From Yuukianura sp. NJ FZ-2021 (lineage: Eukaryota): a stretch of DNA of 64,000 nucleotides. The notes under the pieces are model-generated. The model did not search any database and was not told where the DNA came from. It saw only the letters and a program-made list of their open reading frames with translations. The position numbers were made by a program, and so were the translations under genes. The stretch is taken from assembly GCA_046563655.1 (NCBI GenBank), contig CM102287.1, positions 1 through 64,000 of the forward strand. The letters are read 5' to 3'. Each line of letters starts with the position of its first letter. Position 1 is the first letter of the stretch. This document shows positions 48,854 to 62,000 of this stretch, in pieces.

Positions 48854-49873
48854 GTTTATACCAAAATGACAGTTAGATTTATGCACTTGTTGCATAGTGG
48901 AGTTGGGCTAAAATATAATTCCAGATTATTGTTGAACACCAGTTATTCAGGTGTGCTTTATTGGAAGTGCAGGATGGTTGTACGACATAAAAAATTATTT
49001 CCTAAAAATTCTAATCAAGATAACAAATAATGCGGAATGTTTCATTTTGATTTAGACAATGTAATAATGGGATTTCCCCTGAAGTTCCATTGCCCTCTGA
49101 GTCATTGTGATTCATAGTGTCAAAATGAGTACTGGTTGGTATCTGTAGTGAGGACGAGCTTGTCATTTCACCGGCACTTCTCCTTTGTGCTCAAAGATGA
49201 AGGCTGACAACAAGTGGTTCACCGTGTGTAATAGTCGTTGATGCACTACGACAAAGTGGACCGGTATTAGATGCGTTCCATGAAGATGGTTAGAAGCGAT
49301 AACAAGGCATAAATTCCATTTTTCAGTATGTTTAAAACTTCGTTGTATAGTTCCCACATTAGTTTATACCAAAATGACAGCTAGGTTTATGCACTTGTTG
49401 CATAGTGGAGTTGGGCTAAAATATAATTCCAGATTATTGTTGAACACCAGTTATTCAGTTGTGCTTTATTGGAAGTGCAAGGTGGTAGTATGACATAAAA
49501 AATTATTTCCTAAAAATTCTAATCAAGATAACAAATAATGCGGAATGTTTCATTTTGATTTAGACATTGTAATAATGGGATTTCCCCTGAAGTTCCATTG
49601 CCGTCTGAGTCATTGTGATTCATAGTGTCAAAATGAGTACTGGTTGGTATCTGTAGTGAGGACGAGCTTGTCATTTCACCGGCACTTCTCCTTTGTGCTC
49701 AAAGATGAAGGCTGACAACAAGTGGTTCACCGTGTGTAATAGTCGTTGATGCACTACGACAAAGTGGACCGGTATTAGATGCGTTCCATGAAGATGGTTA
49801 GAAGCGATATCAAGGCATAAATTCCATTTTTCAGTATGTTTAAAACTTCGTTGTATAGTTCCCACATTAGTTT

Positions 49874-50084
49874 TGTGCCGGTAGGATGCTGGGTGACCTC
49901 TGACCTAACGGTGCTGGATGATGATGATGATGGAATGAGTGGCCGTAGAGAGACAGACAGAGCAGATGATGATAGAAGCAGAGCTTTATTCAGACTGAGT
50001 GAATGAATGGAATGAATGTATGTGCAGTAGCCTATGCTTAGCCTATGAGGGGTGAGATGGGTGCTGTGTATGGGGTGTGCTACA
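49874..50084 (-). mobile_element. Solo-LTR-like insert, copy 10
   Basis: As copy 1. Confidence 0.75.
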
Positions 50085-53000
50085 GTTTATACCAAAATGA
50101 CAGTTAGATTTATGCACTTGTTGCATAGTGGAGTTGGGCTAAAATATAATTCCAGATTATTGTTGAACACCAGTTATTCAGGTGTGCTTTATTGGAAGTG
50201 CAGGGTGGTTGTACGACATAAAAAATAATTTCCTAAAAATTCTAATCAAGATAACAAATAATGCGGAATGTTTCATTTTGATTTAGACAATGTAATAATG
50301 GGATTTCCCCTGAAGTTCCATTGCCGTCTGAGTCATTGTGATTCATAGTGTCAAAATGAGTACTGGTTGGTATCTGTAGTGAGGACGAGCTTGTCATTTC
50401 ACCGGCACTTCTCCTTTGTGCTCAAAGATGAAGGCTGACAACAAGTGGTTCACCGTGTGTAATAGTCGTTGATGCACTACGACAAAGTGGACCGGTATTA
50501 GATGCGTTCCATGAAGATGGTTAGAAGCGATAACAAGGCATAAATTCCATTTTTCAGTATGTTTAAAACTTCGTTGTATAGTTCCCACATTAGTTTATAC
50601 CAAAATGACAGTTAGATTTATGCACTTGTTGCATAGTGGAGTTGGGCTAAAATATAATTCCAGATTATTGTTGAACACCAGTTATTCAGGTGTGCTTTAT
50701 TGGAAGTGCAGGGTGGTTGTACGACATAAAAAATTATTTCCTAAAAATTCTTATCAAGATAACAAATAATGCGGAATGTTTCATTTTGATTTAGACAATG
50801 TAATAATGGGATTTCCCCTGAAGTTCCATTGCCGTCTGAGTCATTGTGATTCATAGTGTCAAAATGAGTACTGGTTGGTATCTGTAGTGAGGACGAGCTT
50901 GTCATTTCACCGGCACTTCTCCTTTGTGCTCAAAGATGAAGGCTGACAACAAGTGGTTTACCGTGTGTAATAGTCGTTGATGCACTACGACAAAGTGGAC
51001 CGGTATTAGATGCGTTCCATGAAGATGGTTAGAAGCGATAACAAGGCATAAATTCCATTTTTCAGTATGTTTAAAACTTCGTTGTATAGTTCCCACATTA
51101 GTTTATACCAAAATGACAGTTAGATTTATGCACTTGTTGCATAGTGGAGTTGGGCTAAAATATAATTCCAGATTATTGTTGAACACCAGTTATTCAGGTG
51201 TGCTTTATTGGAAGTGCAGGGTGGTTGTACGACATAAAAAATTATTTCCTAAAAATTCTTATCAAGATAACAAATAATGCGGAATGTTTCATTTTGATTT
51301 AGACAATGTAATAATGGGATTTCCCCTGAAGTTCCATTGCCGTCTGAGTCATTGTGATTCATAGTGTCAAAATGAGTACTGGTTGGTATCTGTAGTGAGG
51401 ACGAGCTTGTCATTTCACCGGCACTTCTCCTTTGTGCTCAAAGATGAAGGCTGACAACAAGTGGTTTACCGTGTGTAATAGTCGTTGATGCACTACGACA
51501 AAGTGGACCGGTATTAGATGCGTTCCATGAAGATGGTTAGAAGCGATAACAAGGCATAAATTCCATTTTTCAGCATGTTTAAAACTTCGTTGTATAGTTC
51601 CCACATTAGTTTATACCAAAATGACAGTTAGATTTATGCACTTGTTGCATAGTGGAGTTGGGCTAAAATATAATTCCAGATTATTGTTGAACACCAGTTA
51701 TTCAGGTGTGCTTTATTGGAAGTGCAGGGTGGTTGTACGACATAAAAAATTATTTCCTAAAAATTCTAATCAAGATAACAAATAATGCGGAATGTTTCAT
51801 TTTGATTTAGACAATGTAATAATGGGAGTTCCCCTGAAGTTCCATTGCCGTCTGAGTCATTGTGATTCATAGTGTCAAAATGAGTACTGGTTGGTATCTG
51901 TAGTGAGGACGAGCTTGTCATTTCACCGGCACTTCTCCTTTGTGCTCAAAGATGAAGGCTGACAACAAGTGGTTTACCGTGTGTAATAGTCGTTGATGCA
52001 CTACGACAAAGTGGACCGGTATTAGATGCGTTCCATGAAGATGGTTAGAAGCGATAACAAGGCATAAATTCCATTTTTCAGTATGTTTAAAACTTCGTTG
52101 TATAGTTCCCACATTAGTTTATACCAAAATGACAGTTAGATTTATGCACTTGTTGCATAGTGGAGTTGGGCTAAAATATAATTCCAGATTATTGTTGAAC
52201 ACCAGTTATTCAGGTGTGCTTTATTGGAAGTGCAGGGTGGTTGTACGACATAAAAAATTATTTCCTAAAAATTCTAATCAAGATAACAAATAATGCGGAA
52301 TGTTTCATTTTGATTTAGACAATGTAATAATGGGATTTCTCCTGAAGTTCCATTGCCGTCTGAGTCATTGTGATTCATAGTGTCAAAATGAGTACTGGTT
52401 GGTATCTGTAGTGAGGACGAGCTTGTCATTTCACCGGCACTTCTCCTTTGTGCTCAAAGATGAAGGCTGACAACAAGTGGTTTACCGTGTGTAATAGTCG
52501 TTGATGCACTACGACAAAGTGGACCGGTATTAGATGCGTTCCATGAAGATGGTTAGAAGCGATAACAAGGCATAAATTCCATTTTTCAGTATGTTTAAAA
52601 CTTCGTTGTATAGTTCCCACATTAGTTTATACCAAAATGACAGTTAGATTTATGCACTTGTCGCATAGTGGAGTTGGGCTAAAATATAATTCCAGATTAT
52701 TGTTGAACACCAGTTATTCAGTTGTGCTTTATTGGAAGTGCAAGGTGGTAGTATGACATAAAAAATTATTTCCTAAAAATTCTAATCAAGATAACAAATA
52801 ATGCGGAATGTTTCATTTTGATTTAGACAATGTAATAATGGGATTTCCCTTGAAGTTCCATTGCCGTCTGAGTCATTGTGATTCATAGTGTCAAAATGAG
52901 TACTGGTTGGTATCTGTAGTGAGGACGAGCTTGTCATTTCACCGGCACTTCTCCTTTGTGCTCAAAGATGAAGGCTGACAACAAGTGGTTTAGCGTGTGT

Positions 53001-56000
53001 AATAGTCGTTGATGCACTACGACAAAGTGGACCGGTATTAGATGCGTTCCATGAAGATGGTTAGAAGCGATAACAAGGCATAAATTCCATTTTTCAGTAT
53101 GTTTAAAACTTCGTTGTATAGTTCCCACATTAGTTTATACCAAAATGACAGTTAGATTTATGCACTTGTTGCATAGTGGAGTTGGGCTAAAATATAATTC
53201 CAGATTATTGTTGAACACCAGTTATTCAGGTGTGCTTTATTGGAAGTGCAGGGTGGTTGTACGACATAAAAAATTATTTCCTAAAAATTCTAATCAAGAT
53301 AACAAATAATGCGGAATGTTTCATTTTGATTTAGACAATGTAATAATGGGAGTTCCCCTGAAGTTCCATTGCCGTCTGAGTCATTGTGATTCATAGTGTC
53401 AAAATGAGTACTGGTTGGTATCTGTAGTGAGGACGAGCTTGTCATTTCACCGGCACTTCTCCTTTGTGCTCAAAGATGAAGGCTGACAACAAGTGGTTTA
53501 CCGTGTGTAATAGTCGTTGATGCACTACGACAAAGTGGACCGGTATTAGATGCGTTCCATGAAGATGGTTAGAAGCGATAACAAGGCATAAATTCCATTT
53601 TTCAGTATGTTTAAAACTTCGTTGTATAGTTCCCACATTAGTTTCAACCAAAATGACAGTTAGATTTATGCACTTGTTGCATAGTGGAGTTGGGCTAAAA
53701 TATAATTCCAGATTATTGTTGAACACCAGTTATTCAGGTGTGCTTTATTGGAAGTGCAAGGTGGTAGTATGACATAAAAAATTATTTCCTAAAAATTCTA
53801 ATCAAGATAACAAATAATGCGGAATGTTTCATTTTGATTTAGACAATGTAATAATGGGATTTCCCCTGAAGTTCCATTGCCGTCTGAGTCATTGTGATTC
53901 ATAGTGTCAAAATGAGTACTGGTTGGTATCTGTAGTGAGGACGAGCTTGTCATTTCACCGGCACTTCTCCTTTGTGCTCAAAGATGAAGGCTGACAACAA
54001 GTGGTTTACCGTGTGTAATAGTCGTTGATGCACTACGACAAAGTGGACCGGTATTAGATGCGTTCCATGAAGATGGTTAGAAGCGATAACAAGGCATAAA
54101 TTCCATTTTTCAGTATGTTTAAAACTTCGTTGTATAGTTCCCACATTAGTTTATACCAAAATGACAGTTAGATTTATGCACTTGTTGCATAGTGGAGTTG
54201 GGCTAAAATATAATTCCAGATTATTGTTGAACACCAGTTATTCAGGTGTGCTTTATTGGAAGTGCAGGGTGGTTGTACGACATAAAAAATTATTTCCTAA
54301 AAATTCTAATCAAGATAACAAATAATGCGGAATGTTTCATTTTGATTTAGACAATGTAATAATGGGATTTCCCCTGAAGTTCCATTGCCGTCTGAGTCAT
54401 TGTGATTCATAGTGTCAAAATGAGTACTGGTTGGTATCTGTAGTGAGGACGAGCTTGTCATTTCACCGGCACTTCTCCTTTGTGCTCAAAGATGAAGGCT
54501 GACAACAAGTGGTTTACCGTGTGTAATAGTCGTTGATGCACTACGACAAAGTGGACCGGTATTAGATGCGTTCCATGAAGATGGTTAGAAGCGATAACAA
54601 GGCATAAATTCCATTTTTCAGTATGTTTAAAACTTCGTTGTATAGTTCCCACATTAGTTTATACCAAAATGACAGTTAGATTTATGCACTTGTCGCATAG
54701 TGGAGTTGGGCTAAAATATAATTCCAGATTATTGTTGAACACCAGTTATTCAGGTGTGCTTTATTGGAAGTGCAGGGTGGTTGTACGACATAAAAAATTA
54801 TTTCCTAAAAATTCTAATCAAGATAACAAATAATGCGGAATGTTTCATTTTGATTTAGACAATGTAATAATGGGATTTCCCTTGAAGTTCCATTGCCGTC
54901 TGAGTCATTGTGATTCATAGTGTCAAAATGAGTACTGGTTGGTATCTGTAGTGAGGACGAGCTTGTCATTTCACCGGCACTTCTCCTTTGTGCTCAAAGA
55001 TGAAGGCTGACAACAAGTGGTTTACCGTGTGTAATAGTCGTTGATGCACTACGACAAAGTGGACCGGTATTAGATGCGTTCCATGAAGATGGTTAGAAGC
55101 GATAACAAGGCATAAATTCCATTTTTCAGTATGTTTAAAACTTCGTTGTATAGTTCCCACATTAGTTTATACCAAAATGACAGTTAGATTTATGCACTTG
55201 TCGCATAGTGGAGTTGGGCTAAAATATAATTCCAGATTATTGTTGAACACCAGTTATTCAGGTGTGCTTTATTGGAAGTGCAGGGTGGTTGTACGACATA
55301 AAAAATTATTTCCTAAAAATTCTAATCAAGATAACAAATAATGCGGAATGTTTCATTTTGATTTAGACAATGTAATAATGGGATTTCCCTTGAAGTTCCA
55401 TTGCCGTCTGAGTCATTGTGATTCATAGTGTCAAAATGAGTACTGGTTGGTATCTGTAGTGAGGACGAGCTTGTCATTTCACCGGCACTTCTCCTTTGTG
55501 CTCAAAGATGAAGGCTGACAACAAGTGGTTTACCGTGTGTAATAGTCGTTGATGCACTACGACAAAGTGGACCGGTATTAGATGCGTTCCATGAAGATGG
55601 TTAGAAGCGATAACAAGGCATAAATTCCATTTTTCAGTATGTTTAAAACTTCGTTGTATAGTTCCCACATTAGTTTATACCAAAATGACAGTTAGATTTA
55701 TGCACTTGTTGCATAGTGGAGTTGGGCTAAAATATAATTCCAGATTATTGTTGAACACCAGTTATTCAGGTGTGCTTTATTGGAAGTGCAGGGTGGTTGT
55801 ACGACATAAAAAATTATTTCCTAAAAATTCTAATCAAGATAACAAATAATGCGGAATGTTTCATTTTGATTTAGACAATGTAATAATGGGATTTCCCCTG
55901 AAGTTCCATTGCCGTCTGAGTCATTGTGATTCATAGTGTCAAAATGAGTACTGGTTGGTATCTGTAGTGAGGACGAGCTTGTCATTTCACCGGCACTTCT

Positions 56001-59000
56001 CCTTTGTGCTCAAAGATGAAGGCTGACAACAAGTGGTTTAGCGTGTGTAATAGTCGTTGATGCACTACGACAAAGTGGACCGGTATTAGATGCGTTCCAT
56101 GAAGATGGTTAGAAGCGATAACAAGGCATAAATTCCAATTTTCAGTATGTTTAAAACTTCGTTGTATAGTTCCCACATTAGTTTATACCAAAATGACAGT
56201 TAGATTTATGCACTTGTTGCATAGTGGAGTTGGGCTAAAATATAATTCCAGACTATTGTTGAACACCAGTTATTCAGTTGTGCTTTATTGGAAGTGCAAG
56301 GTGGTTGTACGACATAAAAAATTATTTCCTAAAAATTCTAATCAAGATAACAAATAATGCGGAATGTTTCATTTTGATTTAGACAATGTAATAATGGGAT
56401 TTCCCCTGAAGTTCCATTGCCGTCTGAGTCATTGTGATTCATAGTGTCAAAATGAGTACTGGTTGGTATCTGTAGTGAGGACGAGCTTGTCATTTCTCCG
56501 GCACTTCTCCTTTGTGCTCAAAGATGAAGGCGGACAACAAGTGGTACACTGTGTGTAATAGTCGTTGATGCACTACGACAAAGTGGACCGGTATTAGATG
56601 CGTTCCATGAAGATGGTTAGAAGCAATAACAAGGCATAAATTCCAATTTTCAGTATGTTTAAAACTTCGTTGTATAGTTCCCACATTAGTTTCAACCAAA
56701 ATGACAGTTAGATTTATGCACTTGTTGCATAGTGGAGTTGGGCTAAAATATAATTCCAGATTATTGTTGAACACCAGTTATTCAGGTGTGCTTTATTGGA
56801 AGTGCAAGGTGGTAGTATGACATAAAAAATTATTTCCTAAAAATTCTAATCAAGATAACAAATAATGCGGAATGTTTCATTTTGATTTAGACAATGTAAT
56901 AATGGGATTTCCCCTGAAGTTCCATTGCCGTCTGAGTCATTGTGATTCATAGTGTCAAAATGAGTACTGGTTGGTATCTGTAGTGAGGACGAGCTTGTCA
57001 TTTCACCGGCACTTCTCCTTTGTGCTCAAAGATGAAGGCTGACAACAAGTGGTTTACCGTGTGTAATAGTCGTTGATGCACTACGACAAAGTGGACCGGT
57101 ATTAGATGCGTTCCATGAAGATGGTTAGAAGCGATAACAAGGCATAAATTCCATTTTTCAGTATGTTTAAAACTTCGTTGTATAGTTCCCACATTAGCTT
57201 TATACCAAAATGACAGTTAGATTTATGCACTTGTTGCATAGTGGAGTTGGGCTAAAATATAATTCCAGATTATTGTTGAACACCAGTTATTCAGGTGTGC
57301 TTTATTGGAAGTGCAGGGTGGTTGTACGACATAAAAAATTATTTCCTAAAAATTCTAATCAAGATAACAAATAATGCGGAATGTTTCATTTTGATTTAGA
57401 CAATGTAATAATGGGATTTCCCCTGAAGTTCCATTGCCGTCTGAGTCATTGTGATTCATAGTGTCAAAATGAGTACTGGTTGGTATCTGTAGTGAGGACG
57501 AGCTTGTCATTTCACCGGCACTTCTCCTTTGTGCTCAAAGATGAAGGCTGACAACAAGTGGTTTACCGTGTGTAATAGTCGTTGATGCACTACGACAAAG
57601 TGGACCGGTATTAGATGCGTTCCATGAAGATGGTTAGAAGCGATAACAAGGCATAAATTCCATTTTTCAGTATGTTTAAAACTTCGTTGTATAGTTCCCA
57701 CATTAGTTTATACCAAAATGACAGTTAGATTTATGCACTTGTCGCATAGTGGAGTTGGGCTGAAATATAATTCCAGATTATTGTTGAACACCAGTTATTC
57801 AGTTGTGCTTTATTGGAAGTGCAAGGTGGTAGTATGACATAAAAAATTATTTCCTAAAAATTCTAATCAAGATAACAAATAATGCGGAATGTTTCATTTT
57901 GATTTAGACAATGTAATAATGGGATTTCCCTTGAAGTTCCATTGCCGTCTGAGTCATTGTGATTCATAGTGTCAAAATGAGTACTGGTTGGTATCTGTAG
58001 TGAGGACGAGCTTGTCATTTCTCCGGCACTTCTCCTTTGTGCTCAAAGATGAAGGCGGACAACAAGTGGTACACTGTGTGTAATAGTCGTTGATGCACTA
58101 CGACAAAGTGGACCGGTATTAGATGCGTTCCATGAAGATGGTTAGAAGCAATAACAAGGCATAAATTCCAATTTTCAGTATGTTTAAAACTTCGTTGTAT
58201 AGTTCCCACATTAGTTTCAACCAAAATGACAGTTAGATTTATGCACTTGTTGCATAGTGGAGTTGGGCTAAAATATAATTCCAGATTATTGTTGAACACC
58301 AGTTATTCAGTTGTGCTTTATTGGAAGTGCAAGGTGGTAGTATGACATAAAAAATTATTTCCTAAAAATTCTAATCAAGATAACAAATAATGCGGAATGT
58401 TTCATTTTGATTTAGACAATGTAATAATGGGATTTCCCCTGAAGTTCCATTGCCGTCTGAGTCATTGTGATTCATAGTGTCAAAATGAGTACTGGTTGGT
58501 ATCTGTAGTGAGGACGAGCTTGTCATTTCACCGGCACTTCTCCTTTGTGCTCAAAGATGAAGGCTGACAACAAGTGGTTTACCGTGTGTAATAGTCGTTG
58601 ATGCACTACGACAAAGTGGACCGGTATTAGATGCGTTCCATGAAGATGGTTAGAAGCGATAACAAGGCATAAATTCCATTTTTCAGTATGTTTAAAACTT
58701 CGTTGTATAGTTCGCACATTAGTTTATACCAAAATGACAGTTAGATTTATGCACTTGTTGCATAGTGGAGTTGGGCTAAAATATAATTCCAGATTATTGT
58801 TGAACACCAGTTATTCAGTTGTGCTTTATTGGAAGTGCAAGGTGGTAGTATGACATAAAAAATTATTTCCTAAAAATTCTAATCAAGATAACAAATAATG
58901 CGGAATGTTTCATTTTGATTTAGACAATGTAATAATGGGATTTCCCCTGAAGTTCCATTGCCGTCTGAGTCATTGTGATTCATAGTGTCAAAATGAGTAC

Positions 59001-62000
59001 TGGTTGGTATCTGTAGTGAGGACGAGCTTGTCATTTCACCGGCACTTCTCCTTTGTGCTCAAAGATGAAGGCTGACAACAAGTGGTTCACGGTGTGTAAT
59101 AGTCGTTGATGCACTACGACAAAGTGGACCGGTATTAGATGCGTTCCATGAAGATGGTTAGAAGCAATAACAAGGCATAAATTCCATTTTTCAGTATGTT
59201 TAAAACTTCGTTGTTTAGTTCCCACATTAGTTTATACCAAAATGACAGTTAGATTTATGCACTTGTTGCATAGTGGAGTTGGGGTAAAATATAATTCCAG
59301 ATTATTGTTGAACACCAGTTATTCAGTTGTGCTTTATTGGAAGTGCAAGGTGGTAGTATGACATAAAAAATTATTTCCTAAAAATTCTAATCAAGATAAC
59401 AAATAATGCGGAATGTTTCATTTTGATTTAGACAATGTAATAATGGGATTTCTCCTGAAGTTCCATTGCCGTCTGAGTCATTGTGATTCATAGTGTCAAA
59501 ATGAGTACTGGTTGGTATCTGTAGTGAGGACGAGCTTGTCATTTTACCGGCACTTCTCCTTTGTGCTCAAAGATGAAGGCTGACAACAAGTGGTTTACCG
59601 TGTGTAATAGTCGTTGATGCACTACGACAAAGTGGAACGGTATTAGATGCGTTCCATGAAGATGGTTAAAAGCGATAACAAGGCATAAATTCCATTTTTC
59701 AGTATGTTTAAAACTACGTTGTATAGTTCCCACATTAGTTTATATCAAAATGACAGTTAGATTTATGCACTTGTTGCATAGTGGAGTTGGGCTAAAATAT
59801 AATTCCAGATTATTGTTGAACACCAGTTATTCAGTTGTGCTTTATTGGAAGTGCAAGGTGGTAGTATGACATAAAAAATTATTTCCTAAAAATTCTAATC
59901 AAGATAACAAATAATGCGGAATGTTTCATTTTGATTTAGACAATGTAATAATGGGATTTCCCTGAAGTTCCATTGCCGTCTGAGTCATTGTGATTCATAG
60001 TGTCAAAATGAGTACTGGTTGGTATCTGTAGTGAGGGCGAGCTTGTCATTTCACCGGCACTTTTCCTTTGTGCTCAAAGATGAAGGCTGACAACAAGTGG
60101 TTCACCGTGTGTAATAGTCGTTGATGCACTACGACAAAGTGGACCGGTATTAGATGCGTTCCATGAAGATGGTTAGAAGCGTTAACAAGGCATAAATTTC
60201 ATTTTTCAGTATGTTTAAAACTTCGTTGTATAGTTCGCACATTAGTTTATACCAAAATGACAGTTAGATTTATGCACTTGTTGCATAGTGGAGTTGGGCT
60301 AAAATATAATTCCAGATTATTGTTGAACACCAGTTATTCAGTTGTGCTTTATTGGAAGTGCAAGGTGGTAGTATGACATAAAAAATTATTTCCTAAAAAT
60401 TCTAATCAAGATAACAAATAATGCGGAATGTTTCATTTTGATTTAGACAATGTAATAATGGGATTTCCCCTGAAGTTCCATTGCCCTCTGAGTCATTGTG
60501 ATTCATAGTGTCAAAATGAGTACTGGTTGGTATCTGTAGTGAGGACGAGCTTGTCATTTCACCAGCACTTCTCCGTTGTGCTCAAAGATGAAGGCTGACA
60601 ACAAGTGGTTCACCGTGTGTAATAGTCGTTGATGCACTACGACAAAGTGGACCGGTATTAGATGCGTTCCATGAAGATGGTTAGAAGCGTTAACAAGGCA
60701 TAAATTCCATTTTTCAGTATGTTTAAAACTTCGTTGTATAGTTCGCACATTAGTTTATACCAAAATGACAGTTAGATTTATGCACTTGTTGCATAGTGGA
60801 GTTGGGGTAAAATATAATTCCAGATTATTGTTGAACACCAGTTATTCAGGTGTGCTTTATTGGAAGTGCAGGGTGGTTGTACGACATAAAAAATTATTTC
60901 CTAAAAATTCTAATCAAGATAACAAATAATGCGGAATGTTTCATTTTGATTTAGACAATGTAATAATGGGATTTCCCCTGAAGTTCCATTGCCCTCTGAG
61001 TCATTGTGATTCATAGTGTCAAAATGAGTACTGGTTGGTATCTGTAGTGAGGACGAGCTTGTCATTTCACCAGCACTTCTCCGTTGTGCTCAAAGATGAA
61101 GGCTGACAACAAGTGGTTCACCGTGTGTAATAGTCGTTGATGCACTACGACAAAGTGGACCGGTATTAGATGCGTTCCATGAAGATGGTTAGAAGCGTTA
61201 ACAAGGCATAAATTCCATTTTTCAGTATGTTTAAAACTTCGTTGTATAGTTCGCACATTAGTTTATACCAAAATGACAGTTAGATTTATGCACTTGTTGC
61301 ATAGTGGAGTTGGGGTAAAATATAATTCCAGATTATTGTTGAACACCAGTTATTCAGGTGTGCTTTATTGGAAGTGCAGGGTGGTTGTACGACATAAAAA
61401 ATTATTTCCTAAAAATTCTAATCAAGATAACAAATAATGCGGAATGTTTCATTTTGATTTAGACAATGTAATAATGGGATTTCCCCTGAAGTTCCATTGC
61501 CGTCTGAGTCATTGTGATTCATAGTGTCAAAATGAGTACTGGTTGGTATCTGTAGTGAGGACGAGCTTGTCATTTCACCGGCACTTCTCCTTTGTGCTCA
61601 AAGATGAAGGCTGACAACAAGTGGTTCACCGTGTGTAATAGTCGTTGATGCACTACGACAAAGTGGACCGGTATTAGATGCGTTCCATGAAGATGGTTAG
61701 AAGCGTTAACAAGGCATAAATTCCATTTTTCAGTATGTTTAAAACTTCGTTGTATAGTTCGCACATTAGTTTATACCAAAATGACAGTTAGATTTATGCA
61801 CTTGTTGCATAGTGGAGTTGGGCTAAAATATAATTCCAGATTATTGTTGAACACCAGTTATTCAGGTGTGCTTTATTGGAAGTGCAGGGTGGTTGTACGA
61901 CATAAAAAATTATTTCCTAAAAATTCTAATCAAGATAACAAATAATGCGGAATGTTTCATTTTGATTTAGACAATGTAATAATGGGATTTCCCCTGAAGT

